The position numbers and the translations under genes are program-made. This document shows, one piece after another, positions 34,763 to 46,810 of a stretch of 64,000 nt of DNA. Source of the DNA: an uncultured Clostridia bacterium (GTDB taxonomy: Bacteria; Bacillota; Clostridia; TANB77; CAG-508); the NCBI GenBank assembly GCA_944389395.1, contig CALXME010000001.1:67957-131956 (forward strand), in the 5' to 3' direction. The notes beneath the pieces are model-generated. The model saw only the letters and a list, made by a program, of their open reading frames with translations, had not been told where the DNA came from and did no database searches. Position 1 is the stretch's first letter. Every line of letters starts with the position of its first letter.

Positions 34763-35042
34763 TACACAAAAGACTATCTAGAAGGTAGTCTTATTTTTTA
34801 TTATATAGTAAATTGCATTTCCTATAGAGATAAATAGACATAAATTTTATGCTAATAAATGATGGTTAATGTCATATTAGAACAAAATAGAAAGTGAAAA
34901 AAAGAAAGAAAAGACAATAAGGGGAATATATTACAGAACTGTTAAATATATGTTACATTTATATTAATACTATTGACATTACATGAAAAAATAATAAAAT
35001 ATTAGTAAGTATTTTGATAGTATAAAATATGGAAAGGATTTT

Positions 35043-35612
35043 ATGAGAATAATAGCAGGAAAATTAAAAGGAACTAAATTGTTTACACTAGAAGGCAAAA
35101 ATACTAGACCTACTTTAGATAGAGTAAAGGAGTCATTATTTAATATTTTACAAAATGAAATTAAAGATACTTGTTTTTTGGATCTTTTTGCAGGGAGTGG
35201 AGCAATAGGACTAGAAGCAGTGAGTAGAGGAGCCCAAAAAGCAATATTGTGTGAAAAGTCTAAAGAAGCTATTGAAATAATAAAAAAAAATGTACAAAAA
35301 ACACACTTAGAAGAAAAGATAGAAATAAATTCAATGGATTTTATTGATTTTATAAAAAACAAGCTACAAGAAAAACCAGACTTTATTTATATAGATCCAC
35401 CATATGAAAGTGATTATGCAGTAAAAGCAATTAAAGAACTATTAATAACAGAAAAATTAAAGTTAAATTCGACTTTAATAGTAGAAACAGATAAAGAGCG
35501 AGAATTAATAGAACAAATATCGGATTTACCAATTATGGCAATAGATCATAGAAGGTATGGAAGAGCACATTTGATATTTTTACAAAAATATCAAAGTGAC
35601 AGAAAGGGGTAA
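35043..35612 (+). CDS. rsmD: 16S rRNA (guanine966-N2)-methyltransferase RsmD
   Basis: RIIAG..LDLFAGSGAIGLEAVSRGA..DPPY. Confidence 0.85.
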   Translation: MRIIAGKLKGTKLFTLEGKNTRPTLDRVKESLFNILQNEIKDTCFLDLFAGSGAIGLEAVSRGAQKAILCEKSKEAIEIIKKNVQKTHLEEKIEINSMDFIDFIKNKLQEKPDFIYIDPPYESDYAVKAIKELLITEKLKLNSTLIVETDKERELIEQISDLPIMAIDHRRYGRAHLIFLQKYQSDRKG

Positions 35613-35616
35613 AACC

Positions 35617-36120
35617 ATGGAAATATTTACATTATTAGAAACATTAGAGGACTTATTAGAAAGAAGTAGAAATTTACCATTTTCTTCAAAAAGTATTGTA
35701 GATAAAGATGAAATGTTAGATTTAATAAAAGAAATTAGAATAAAGCTTCCAGACGAATTAAAACAGGCAAAATGGGTAAAAGAAGAAAGACAACGAATTC
35801 TAGTTGAAGCTCAAAAAGAAGCTGATGGAATAGTAAAAGAAGCAGAAAATAGGATTATAGCAATGATAGATGAACATGAAATTACAAGAAAAGCCTATGA
35901 CCAAAAAACAGAAATTATAGAAACAGCAAATGAAATGTCTAGAGAAATTTCTAAAGGAACAAAAGAGTATGCAGATAGTATTTTAGGAAATACAGAAAGT
36001 GTATTACATGAAACTTTAAGTAAATTAGAAAACAACATGGGAGAAGCTTTAAAACTTATGGAAATTTCTTTAGAAGATACAATAAAAACAATTCAAAATA
36101 GTAGAAAAGAATTGAAATAG
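35617..36120 (+). CDS. Hypothetical coiled-coil protein
   Basis: No motif. Lies where coaD would be expected after rsmD. Confidence 0.35.
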   Translation: MEIFTLLETLEDLLERSRNLPFSSKSIVDKDEMLDLIKEIRIKLPDELKQAKWVKEERQRILVEAQKEADGIVKEAENRIIAMIDEHEITRKAYDQKTEIIETANEMSREISKGTKEYADSILGNTESVLHETLSKLENNMGEALKLMEISLEDTIKTIQNSRKELK

Positions 36121-36204
36121 TAAAGAGAATAAGTCAGAAAGTTAAGAGGTCAGAAAAAACAAACTGACTTAGCTTTTTGGCTTTTTTCTATAGTAGTAGA
36201 AAGG

Positions 36205-38646
36205 ATGAAAGAAATGGCTAAAAGGAGATATCAAAGGAGAAAGAAAACTATATCTAAAATAGATTTGGCAGTTATTATATTAATAGTATCAAGCATTTTG
36301 TTAGGAGTTTTGATATATACAAAATCAGGAATTGTAGGAATTAAATTAAATGAAATTTTAGGCGGAATAATGGGAATAATGCAATATGTTTTACCACTTG
36401 GGATTTTTGCGATTAGTATAAAACTTGCATGCGAAGGAAAAGAAACAATAACATCTAAGTTAGTACAATATGGAATTTTTTTAATAAGTCTTTCAATAGT
36501 ATTTAGTATAATACAAATTTCTTCTGGAGAGTTGCAATCTAATAAAGAGTTATCAGAAGTTGTAAAAGATGCTTATTTTTTAGGAACACAAAGTAAAGGA
36601 GGAGGAGCAATTGGTGCTGTTGCAGCTATTCCTCTTGCTAAGTTACTAGGAGATGTTGGTGCCTTGATTTTATGTATAGGGGTGGCTTTGGTATTATTAG
36701 TATTTACTTTTGGAATTAATATGTCAGATATAATCAATAGATTCGTAGAAAAAATGCAAGAAAGAAAAGAAGAACGATTAGAAGAAAAACAACAAAGAAT
36801 CAAAGAACAAAGAGAAGAAAAAATTGAAACTTTAGCACAAAGAAGAAAAAGAGAAAAAGAAGAAAGATTAGCTCAAAAGGAATTAGAAAAACAAGCAAAA
36901 CAAGAAAAATTACCAATGGATAATCAAATAAAAATCAACTTTGGCGGAAGAATTTTAGATGAAGAAGAAAGAGTCACATTAAAGAAATATGACCACAGTA
37001 AAGATGATTTGGAACCATTGACAAAAGCTTCTAAAAAAACAAAAATGGAAACAAAAGAACAGGATGTTCAACCTGATGTAATTGAAAACAATTTATTCAG
37101 GCAAGAAGAAGAACAAAAAGAAGAAAAGAAAAAAGAAGTTTTACAATTAGAACATGCTATGATGGTAGAAGATGAACATTATGAATATCCACCATTAGAA
37201 TTATTAGGAAAACCATCTAAAAAAGCACTAAAAGGTGGAGCGAAATTATTAACTGATACAGCAACAAAACTTCAAAAAACTTTATATAGTTTTGGAGTGT
37301 CTGCTAAAGTAGAAAATGTGTCTGTTGGTCCTGCTATTACAAGATATGAGCTTAAACCTGCAGAAGGAGTTCGTGTAAGCAAAATTGCAAATTTAGCAGA
37401 TGATATTGCTCTAAATTTAGCAGCAGAAACTATTAGAATTGAAGCACCAATTCCAGGAAAACAAGCTGTAGGAATAGAAGTACCTAATAAAGAAAAAGAA
37501 GCTGTACATTTAAGAGAAGTTTTAGATAGTCCAGAATTTAGAGAAAGCAAATCAAAATTAACTATTGCTTTAGGAAAAGATGTGGCAGGAAATATTCAAT
37601 TAGCAGATATTGCTAAAATGCCACATGTATTGATTGCAGGTTCTACTGGTTCAGGAAAGAGTGTATGTATTAATACAATTATTACAAGTATTGTTTATAA
37701 TAGCAAACCAAGTGAAGTGAAATTATTAATGGTTGATCCAAAGGTTGTAGAATTATCTGTTTATAATGGAATTCCACATTTATTAATTCCGGTTGTAACA
37801 GACCCAAGAAAAGCAGCAGGAGCATTAGCATGGGCAGTACAAGAAATGGATGATAGATATAATAAATTTGCAAGCAAAGGTGTAAGAGATTTAAAAGGAT
37901 ATAATCATGCAATAGAAAAAGAAAATGAAACAGGAAAATTACCACAAATCGTAATTATAATTGATGAGTTGGCAGATTTAATGATGGTAGCTGCAAAAGA
38001 AGTAGAAGAATCAATTTGCCGTTTGGCTCAAAAGGCAAGGGCAGCAGGAATGCATTTAGTCATTGCAACACAAAGACCTTCTGTAGATGTTATTACAGGA
38101 TTAATTAAAGCAAATGTACCATCTAGAATTGCTTTTGCAGTATCATCACAAGTAGACTCTAGAACCATTTTAGATAGTGTTGGAGCAGAAAAATTATTGG
38201 GAAAAGGGGATATGCTTTTCTTCCCAGCAGGTGCACCAAAACCATCTAGAGTACAAGGTGCTTTTGTAACTGATGAGGAAGTAGAAAAAATTGTAGATTT
38301 CATAAAATCCAATGGAACTGCTACTTATAGTGAAGATATTTTAGAAAGTATAGAAAATAGTAATAAAACAGATAAAGAATTAGCACAAGAACAAGCGGTA
38401 GATGATGAAACAGACCCATTTTTAATGGATGCTATTCAAACTGTTGTAGAAACAGGACAAGCTTCTACATCATTTATCCAAAGAAGATTTAAAGTCGGAT
38501 ATGCAAGAGCGGGAAGAATTATTGACCAGATGGAAGAACGAGGAGTTATTTCTGGATATCAAGGAAGTAAGCCTAGAGAAGTTTTAATGACTTTAGAAAA
38601 ATTAAATGAATTAAAAATGGCTAAAGGGCAAACAGTTGAAAATTAG
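36205..38646 (+). CDS. ftsK: DNA translocase FtsK/SpoIIIE
   Basis: N-terminal TMs, Walker A GSTGSGKSV, FtsK motor, C-terminal gamma (winged-helix) domain. Confidence 0.9.
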   Translation: MKEMAKRRYQRRKKTISKIDLAVIILIVSSILLGVLIYTKSGIVGIKLNEILGGIMGIMQYVLPLGIFAISIKLACEGKETITSKLVQYGIFLISLSIVFSIIQISSGELQSNKELSEVVKDAYFLGTQSKGGGAIGAVAAIPLAKLLGDVGALILCIGVALVLLVFTFGINMSDIINRFVEKMQERKEERLEEKQQRIKEQREEKIETLAQRRKREKEERLAQKELEKQAKQEKLPMDNQIKINFGGRILDEEERVTLKKYDHSKDDLEPLTKASKKTKMETKEQDVQPDVIENNLFRQEEEQKEEKKKEVLQLEHAMMVEDEHYEYPPLELLGKPSKKALKGGAKLLTDTATKLQKTLYSFGVSAKVENVSVGPAITRYELKPAEGVRVSKIANLADDIALNLAAETIRIEAPIPGKQAVGIEVPNKEKEAVHLREVLDSPEFRESKSKLTIALGKDVAGNIQLADIAKMPHVLIAGSTGSGKSVCINTIITSIVYNSKPSEVKLLMVDPKVVELSVYNGIPHLLIPVVTDPRKAAGALAWAVQEMDDRYNKFASKGVRDLKGYNHAIEKENETGKLPQIVIIIDELADLMMVAAKEVEESICRLAQKARAAGMHLVIATQRPSVDVITGLIKANVPSRIAFAVSSQVDSRTILDSVGAEKLLGKGDMLFFPAGAPKPSRVQGAFVTDEEVEKIVDFIKSNGTATYSEDILESIENSNKTDKELAQEQAVDDETDPFLMDAIQTVVETGQASTSFIQRRFKVGYARAGRIIDQMEERGVISGYQGSKPREVLMTLEKLNELKMAKGQTVEN

Positions 38647-38670
38647 TGAAGAAAAGAAAGGAGAAGAAAT

Positions 38671-40251
38671 TTGCAAAAGAAAAAAGACAAGTTTTTCGAA
38701 AAAATAGTGAAGAAAAACTATAATAACGAATTAGAAAAAGTATTAGAAAAAAAATATTTTGCACCTAATGTAAAAAGTACACTCCTTAGCATGTTATATC
38801 GTATTGAAGTAGCTTATAAAGATTATGAACAGGTAAAACCAGATGTACTTCCTAAAAAAGAATTTATTCAAAATATTATTGATATTATAGAGAAAAATTG
38901 TGATGATATTAAATTGGTAAAGCTAAATTCAGAAGAAAGCAAAATGTTAGGCAATAAAACCTTTTTAGTAGAAAAAAACAAAAAGAGGATTATTTGTTAT
39001 CCTATTGAAAGAAAATTATTATATGCTATTGCTAAAATAGGAAAAAATCCCCAAATTGTTAAAAGTGAATATTTTTTAATTGATAAAACTTTATCAGATT
39101 TAATTAATACAGGAAATAATATTAATATGGTAGAACCACTTAGAGATTTTAATGGTTATTCATGGACAACTATTGATAGAGAAATAGAGAGTATAGAACA
39201 TAATTTAGTTTATCAAAATTTAAGAATTTTAATAGGGGAAGCTTTTTTAGAAAATTGGGTTAAAAATCATGAGTTTATCATAGATTATCTAGAATTGTTC
39301 CAAACTAAATTAGGAGAAAAATATGGAGAAAAAAATGCAAGAGATTTTATAGATATATTGAAAAAAATTTCTATTCTATTAGAAATAAAATTTGACTGTA
39401 ATGCAAAGAAAAAAATGAGAACCACTAAAAAAGAAATAGATGAAAAAATAGTAAAAATACAAGATAATAAAGATTTTGTTAAACAAGTTACTTTAGAAAA
39501 AAGAGATTTAACTCAAGAAATAAAAAAAATAGATGAAACTATAAATAATAGGGAAATGTTACAAGAAGAATATTTAAAAAGAAATAAAAATTTACCATTA
39601 GAAAAGAAAATTTTTAGTGTTAGAATTTTATCCCAGATGATGGAAAAGGAAAGAGAAGAAAAAATAAAAAAATTGGAGCAGTTAAATTATTTATTAATAC
39701 CTAAAAATTTTATATTGTATAGAAAAGAATTAAATGAAAGAGCAAAATATTTAGAATTAGTAGAAAAAGATAATGAGAAACAATTAAAAGAAACAATGGT
39801 AAAATTGCAAAAAAAATTTTTGACATGTTTTAAAATTAAAGTACAACAAGCAGATACAAAACAAGATATTATTAAATTATTATATGAATTTAGATATTAT
39901 TGTTTGCTACCTTATGGAGTAAATAAAATTGTAATAAATGAAGATGTATTAGAAAAAAATATAAAAGAAGATGGAATGACATTGTTTAAAAAAGCACAAG
40001 AAGAAAAAGTAATGGAATCAATAATTCAAGATAAAGAGTTAGAATATATTTTATTAAAACATATTTTTACAGTTAGAATTATTAAATTAGAAGATTTAAT
40101 ATTTAAATTAACAAAAGAAAAAGATAAATTTTATCTACAATTATTTGATGAAGATATTTTTGAGCAAAAAATAGAGATACCAGAAATGAAAGACTTAAGT
40201 AAAAAGGATTTACAAATTAGATTAAACAAAAAAATAAAATTATTTTTATAG
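38671..40251 (+). CDS. Hypothetical K/E-rich protein (526 aa), apparent TTG start
   Basis: AAAGGAG RBS 7 nt before TTG. No recognisable domain. Confidence 0.4.
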   Translation: MQKKKDKFFEKIVKKNYNNELEKVLEKKYFAPNVKSTLLSMLYRIEVAYKDYEQVKPDVLPKKEFIQNIIDIIEKNCDDIKLVKLNSEESKMLGNKTFLVEKNKKRIICYPIERKLLYAIAKIGKNPQIVKSEYFLIDKTLSDLINTGNNINMVEPLRDFNGYSWTTIDREIESIEHNLVYQNLRILIGEAFLENWVKNHEFIIDYLELFQTKLGEKYGEKNARDFIDILKKISILLEIKFDCNAKKKMRTTKKEIDEKIVKIQDNKDFVKQVTLEKRDLTQEIKKIDETINNREMLQEEYLKRNKNLPLEKKIFSVRILSQMMEKEREEKIKKLEQLNYLLIPKNFILYRKELNERAKYLELVEKDNEKQLKETMVKLQKKFLTCFKIKVQQADTKQDIIKLLYEFRYYCLLPYGVNKIVINEDVLEKNIKEDGMTLFKKAQEEKVMESIIQDKELEYILLKHIFTVRIIKLEDLIFKLTKEKDKFYLQLFDEDIFEQKIEIPEMKDLSKKDLQIRLNKKIKLFL

Positions 40252-40284
40252 AAAGTTACAATTCTCAGCATAAATTAAAAACAA

Positions 40285-40373
40285 TTGATATATTAATATT
40301 TTTGTCAAAAACATAGCTGGGGTTTAACGAACAGAGCCTTTGGTTGCAAATATTAATATATCAACTGTTTTTT
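40285..40373 (+). repeat. Structured ~90-nt element, copy B (same family as 28545..28639)
   Basis: Arms TTGATATATTAATATTT / AAATATTAATATATCAA enclose CAAAAACATAGCTGGGG. Followed by CTGTTTTTT. Confidence 0.6.
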
Positions 40374-40417
40374 AGTATATATAATTGCAAATTAATTGTT
40401 AAGAAGGAGGAAAAAAG

Positions 40418-42062
40418 GTGAAAATTACATTTTTAGGTGCTACTAAAACAGTAACAGGTTCTAATTTTTTAGTAGAAGGTGCTGGCAAAAAATTTTTAGT
40501 AGATTGTGGAATGTGGCAAGGAAAAGCAGAAATAGAAGAAGAAAATAGACAGGATTTTGAATTTGAACCAGCAGAAATTGACTTTATGTTACTAACACAT
40601 GCACATATAGATCATTCAGGAAGAATTCCTAAATTATATAAAGAAGGATTTAAAAATAAAATATATGCACATAAAGCAACCTGTGATTTATGTGCTTTGA
40701 TGTTACCAGATAGTGGACATATACAAGAAATGGAAAGTCAATGGAAAAATAAAAAAAGAATGCGTAAAGGAGAAGAAGAATTACCTCCTATATATACAGC
40801 AGAAGAAGCGGTAAGATGTTTAGAAATATTTGAACCAGTACAATATGATGAAATTATAGAAATCACTCCACAAATACAAGTGCGATTTAATGATGCTGGT
40901 CATATGTTAGGTTCTAGTATAATAGAAGTATGGATAGAAGAAGATGGAAAAAGAACAAAAACTGTATTTACAGGAGATATAGGTAACAATGATATACCAT
41001 TATTAAGTTCACCTACTATGATAGAAGATACGGATTATTTAGTGATGGAATCTACTTATGGAAGTAGGTTACATATTAAAAATGAACAAAAAGCACAATT
41101 ATTTTTAGATATAGTATCTGAAACATTAGATAATGGAGGGACAGTTGTAATTCCTTCTTTTGCAGTAGGAAGAACACAGGAGATATTATACGAAATAAAT
41201 CATTTAAAAGACGAGAGTAATGATGAAGAATTTAAGCGAAAATATAATATATTAATGAAAGTACCAGTATATGTAGATAGTCCGCTTGCTATTTCTGCAA
41301 CTGAAGTATTTAAAGAAAATATGGAGTTATTTGATGAAGAAACACAAGAAGAAATAATGCAAGGAGATAATCCATTAGAATTTTCAGGATTACAATTTAC
41401 TAGAACAGCAGAAGAATCTAAAGCTTTGAATGAAGATACAAGACCAAGTATTATTATATCTGCTAGTGGTATGTGTGAAGTAGGAAGAATAAAACATCAT
41501 CTAAAACATAACTTGTGGAATCCAAAAAGTACGATTCTTTTCGTAGGATATCAAGCTCCTGGAACTTTAGGTTATAGTCTTGTAAATGGTGCAAAAAAAG
41601 TGAAAATATTCGGAGAAGAAATAGCGGTAAATGCAAGAATTGAATATATTGAAGGATATTCAGGGCATGCAGATCAAGAATGGTTAATGAATTTTATTTA
41701 TTCTTTTCTTCAAAAACCAAAACATATTTTTTTAGTTCATGGAGAGCCGGAATCTCAAGATGTTTTAAAGGCAAAAATTGAACAAGAAACTCGGAATTGA
41801 TGTTATTGTACCTACATTTGGAGAAACCTATGAATTAGCAGAAAAAGTAGAAATGGTTAATAAAGTAGAAAGAAAAGTAACAAAAACATTGCGTTTAGAT
41901 ATTTTAGAACGATTAGAAAAATTAAAAGAAGAAATGAAAGATATGGATACTTATGTAAGACAAGATTTACATGATGTTAATTTAAGAGATGAAGATATAT
42001 TTAGAATTAACGAAAAAATCAAAGATTTAGAAAAGCAAATTCTAAAGGTAATAGAAGGTTAA
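40418..42062 (+). CDS. Beta-CASP MBL-fold RNA-metabolising hydrolase with a +1 frame change at 41792-41795 (CGG AAT T)
   Basis: HxHxDH (LLTHAHIDHSG), beta-CASP motifs. Frame 0 ends ..KIEQETRN*. The +1 frame continues GIDVIVPTFGETYEL.., a typical C-terminus of this family. Confidence 0.7.
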
Positions 42063-42108
42063 AAGACTAAAGAAATAGTTGAAATCTTAGAAAGGAATAG
42101 AAATTAAG

Positions 42109-44079
42109 ATGGAAAATAAATATTTAAATGAGGCAATTATCGGAAATAAAAATATGTTAGCAACTTTTTCAGGAAAGGGAGAATTACAAAGAATGTATTT
42201 TCCTAATAAAGAGATGAAACAATATATTAATTTCTTCCATACAGGAGTAAAAGTTAATCAATCAGATTTAATATATTTGCATGATGATATTAATAATGTT
42301 TATAAACAATATTATGATACAGATACAAATATTTTAAATACAGAGATTACAAATACTTATTTTAATTTAAAAATACTACAAACAGACTATATGTTGATGA
42401 AAGAAAATGTATTAGTAAAAAAATATATTTTATTAAATGAAGCTAAAATAGATTTAGATGTAAAATTTTATATACACTCAGAATTATTATCAGATTTCAA
42501 TAATTGGGTAGGATGTAAAATTGTAGATGGTGGAATGATGCAATATGCTTATGATTTTACATTTTCTACTTTTGCAAAAGGATATTCTTTGCTTAGCCAT
42601 CAAATAAATGGAAGTAACGAAAGGATTAAAAGAGGAGAAATTCAAGATAAAGATTATATTGGTATGTCTAAAGATTCTAGTATTAGTTATGATTTAGGAA
42701 TTATTAAACCAAATGAGAAAAAAGTAATAGAGATTTGTATTTTAATTGGTGAAAACCAAAATATATCTAAAGTAGAAGATGAAATAGAAAGAATTAAGAA
42801 AATAGATTTAGACAAAGAGTATACAAATATTAAATCTTATTGGAGAAAATATGTTAAATCACATAATAGTTTAAATATTAAAGAACCAAAAAATAGTTAT
42901 GAAGAGAAAATATATGAGATTTATAAAAGAAGTATTTTATTATTTCCATTATTAACAAACCAAGAAACAGGAGGTGTAATTGCTGCTCCAGAAATTGACG
43001 AAACTTTTTCAAAATGTGGAAGATATGCTTATTGTTGGCCAAGGGATGCAGTTTTTATAACAAAAGCATTAGATATTTTGAAAATGGAAAAAGAAGCAGA
43101 CAAATTTTATCAAGTATTCTGTAAAAAAACACAAAGTAAAAATGGAATGTGGGAACAAAGATTTTACACAGATGGAAGATTAGCACCTTGTTGGGGATAT
43201 CAAGTAGATGAAACTGCAAGTGTTGTGTATGGTGTGTGGGAACATTATCAATATACAAAATCTGAAAAATTTTTAAAAGAGAATTTGCAAATGTGTGAAA
43301 AGGCAATTGATTTTTTGAAAAGATATGTGCAAGACTGGTTAGGATTAGAAGCAAAAGAAGAAAAAGATAAAGATAAGGTACAAGAAGAAATAGAAAATCA
43401 AATGCAAAATAATAAAGCACATAAGTATCATATTAGTTACGACCTTTGGGAAATGTGTGAAGGAATACATACATATTCTTTAGCAAGTATTTATTCAGCA
43501 TTTGAATGTATTTTGAAAATCTATAAAACATTAGGAAATAAAACTTCTGATTTTGAAAATAATAGATTAAAAGAAGAAAAAATATTTAAGAATGAACGTG
43601 AATTAGAAAAATTACAAGTTGAAATAAAAAAATATATAAATAATTATTTGTATGACGAGGAAAAAAAATCTTATGTAAGGAATACTGAAGATAAAAAAAT
43701 GGATATCAGTCTTTTAGGATTAGTTACACCATTTAAAGTTTTTAAACCAAAAGAGAAAAAAGTTTTGAATACAATAGAAAGAATTAATTTATCTCTAAGA
43801 ACATATACAGGGGGATATCAAAGATTTGAACAAGACCATTATATGAATGGAAATCCATGGACTATATCTAATTTGTGGATGACATTGTATTACTTAGAAA
43901 CTGGAGAAAAAAGAAAAGCAAAAGAAACATTTGATTTTGTTGTAAAAACTTGTGGTAAACATCATTTCTTAGGTGAACAAATCGATAATAACACATTAAA
44001 ACCTAATTGGGTAATTGGGCTGGGTTGGTCACATGCAATGTTTATTATTGTACTGGAAAAACTTTATTTAAGGTCTTGA
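42109..44079 (+). CDS. Glycoside hydrolase family 15 (glucoamylase/glucodextranase-like)
   Basis: (alpha/alpha)6 catalytic-domain motifs CWPRDAVF, YDLWEMCEGIHTYS, GGYQRFEQDHY..NPWTISNLW. Confidence 0.65.
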   Translation: MENKYLNEAIIGNKNMLATFSGKGELQRMYFPNKEMKQYINFFHTGVKVNQSDLIYLHDDINNVYKQYYDTDTNILNTEITNTYFNLKILQTDYMLMKENVLVKKYILLNEAKIDLDVKFYIHSELLSDFNNWVGCKIVDGGMMQYAYDFTFSTFAKGYSLLSHQINGSNERIKRGEIQDKDYIGMSKDSSISYDLGIIKPNEKKVIEICILIGENQNISKVEDEIERIKKIDLDKEYTNIKSYWRKYVKSHNSLNIKEPKNSYEEKIYEIYKRSILLFPLLTNQETGGVIAAPEIDETFSKCGRYAYCWPRDAVFITKALDILKMEKEADKFYQVFCKKTQSKNGMWEQRFYTDGRLAPCWGYQVDETASVVYGVWEHYQYTKSEKFLKENLQMCEKAIDFLKRYVQDWLGLEAKEEKDKDKVQEEIENQMQNNKAHKYHISYDLWEMCEGIHTYSLASIYSAFECILKIYKTLGNKTSDFENNRLKEEKIFKNERELEKLQVEIKKYINNYLYDEEKKSYVRNTEDKKMDISLLGLVTPFKVFKPKEKKVLNTIERINLSLRTYTGGYQRFEQDHYMNGNPWTISNLWMTLYYLETGEKRKAKETFDFVVKTCGKHHFLGEQIDNNTLKPNWVIGLGWSHAMFIIVLEKLYLRS

Positions 44080-44128
44080 TTTAAATATATTAATGTTACT
44101 AGTTAATGAGTAAAAAATAAAAAAAAAC

Positions 44129-44157
44129 TTGAAAAGTGATTTTTTTTGGTATAGAAT
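44129..44157 (+). promoter_or_regulatory. Promoter of the glycolytic operon (TTGAAA-17-TAGAAT)
   Basis: -35 at 44129, -10 at 44152, about 85 nt upstream of gap. Confidence 0.45.
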
Positions 44158-44189
44158 GGAATTGCCTATTGAAAAGTAGGTAATAATAA

Positions 44190-45248
<1,059 letters not shown>

Positions 45249-45263
45249 TAGGAGGAGTTAAAA

Positions 45264-46448
45264 ATGAATAAAAAAACAGTAAAAGATATTGATTTGAAAG
45301 GAAAAAAAGTTTTAGTTAGATGTGATTTCAATGTACCTATGGATGAACAAAGAAATATTACAGATAATACAAGAATATTAGCTGCTTTACCTACTATCAA
45401 ATATTTGTTAGATAATAATTGTGCTATTATATTATGTTCTCATTTGGGAAGACCAAAGGGAGAATTTAAACCTGAATTTTCATTGAAACCAGTAGCTAAA
45501 GAATTATCTAGATTATTACATCAGGATGTTATAATGGCAGAAGATGTTGTAGGAGAAGATGCTAAAACAAAAGCTACTAATTTACAGCAAGGACAAATTA
45601 TGTTATTAGAGAATGTAAGATTTCATAAAGAAGAAACAGATAATGAACCTGAATTTTCTAAAAAATTAGCATCTATGGCAGAAATATATGTAAATGATGC
45701 TTTCGGTTCAGCACATAGAGCACATGCCTCTACTGCAGGAGTTGCAGCCTATTTACCAGCAGTATCTGGATTCTTAATTGAAAAAGAATTACAGTTTTTA
45801 GGAGGAGCAGTAACAAATCCACAAAGACCATTTGTAGCTATATTAGGTGGTGCAAAAGTTTCTGATAAAATAGGAGTAATTGACAATCTATTAGAAAAAG
45901 TGGATACTTTAATGATTGGTGGAGGAATGGCTTATACATTTTTTAAGGCACAAGGATATGAAATTGGAAAATCTATTTGTGAATTAGATAAATTAGATTT
46001 GGCAAAAGATTTAATGGAAAAAGCAAAACAAAAAGAAGTTAAATTAATTCTTCCAGTAGATACTGTTATAGCAAAAGAACCAGGAGAAGATGTAGAAACT
46101 AAAACTGTAAAATGTACAGAAATTCCTGCCGATTGGGAAGGTTTTGATATAGGACAAGAAACGATTAAAATATTTAGAGAGGAACTAAAAAATGCTAAAA
46201 CAGTAGTATGGAATGGACCTTTAGGAGTATTTGAAATTGACAAATTTGCAATTGGAACTAATGAAATTGCAAAAGCATTAGCTGATATTGATGCAACAAC
46301 AATTATCGGAGGAGGAGATTCAGCTGCTGCTGTAAAAAAAGCAGGTTTAGAAGATAAAATGACACATATTTCTACTGGTGGAGGAGCTTCTTTGGAATTT
46401 TTAGAAGGGAAAAAATTACCAGGAATTGAGTGTTTAATGGATAAATAA
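45264..46448 (+). CDS. pgk: Phosphoglycerate kinase
   Basis: RCDFNVP.., canonical Pgk. Confidence 0.95.
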   Translation: MNKKTVKDIDLKGKKVLVRCDFNVPMDEQRNITDNTRILAALPTIKYLLDNNCAIILCSHLGRPKGEFKPEFSLKPVAKELSRLLHQDVIMAEDVVGEDAKTKATNLQQGQIMLLENVRFHKEETDNEPEFSKKLASMAEIYVNDAFGSAHRAHASTAGVAAYLPAVSGFLIEKELQFLGGAVTNPQRPFVAILGGAKVSDKIGVIDNLLEKVDTLMIGGGMAYTFFKAQGYEIGKSICELDKLDLAKDLMEKAKQKEVKLILPVDTVIAKEPGEDVETKTVKCTEIPADWEGFDIGQETIKIFREELKNAKTVVWNGPLGVFEIDKFAIGTNEIAKALADIDATTIIGGGDSAAAVKKAGLEDKMTHISTGGGASLEFLEGKKLPGIECLMDK

Positions 46449-46763
46449 AATAGTAAAGCATAAAAAAATGTAAAAAAATGGCAATGAAAATAAAATGATA
46501 TAATACTAGAATTGCCGGTACTTACAGCTGTTTTAAAGCTTTAAAATGTCGAATTTTGCGATGAGTTTTTTGTAAAAATCATTGAAAAATTTGACATTTT
46601 TTTGTATAATAATATAAAGGTATCTTTTATAAAAAATTTAGGCTTAAGTCAAATGATGTTTTTATCAAATAATAATTTATTATGTCTTTCAAGTATTTAT
46701 ATCGTCTTAATTTTCCATGGAAAATTTTCTTTAATAAAAATTTAAAAAAAATTTACCAATATA

Positions 46764-46792
46764 TTGAAATTTATTTTATGGTATAGTATAAT
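46764..46792 (+). promoter_or_regulatory. Consensus promoter TTGAAA-17-TATAAT for the repeat-protein gene
   Basis: Seen directly: -35 at 46764, -10 at 46787, about 20 nt before the RBS GGAAGGAGG. Confidence 0.55.
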
Positions 46793-46810
46793 AACGGAAG
46801 GAGGTGGGCT

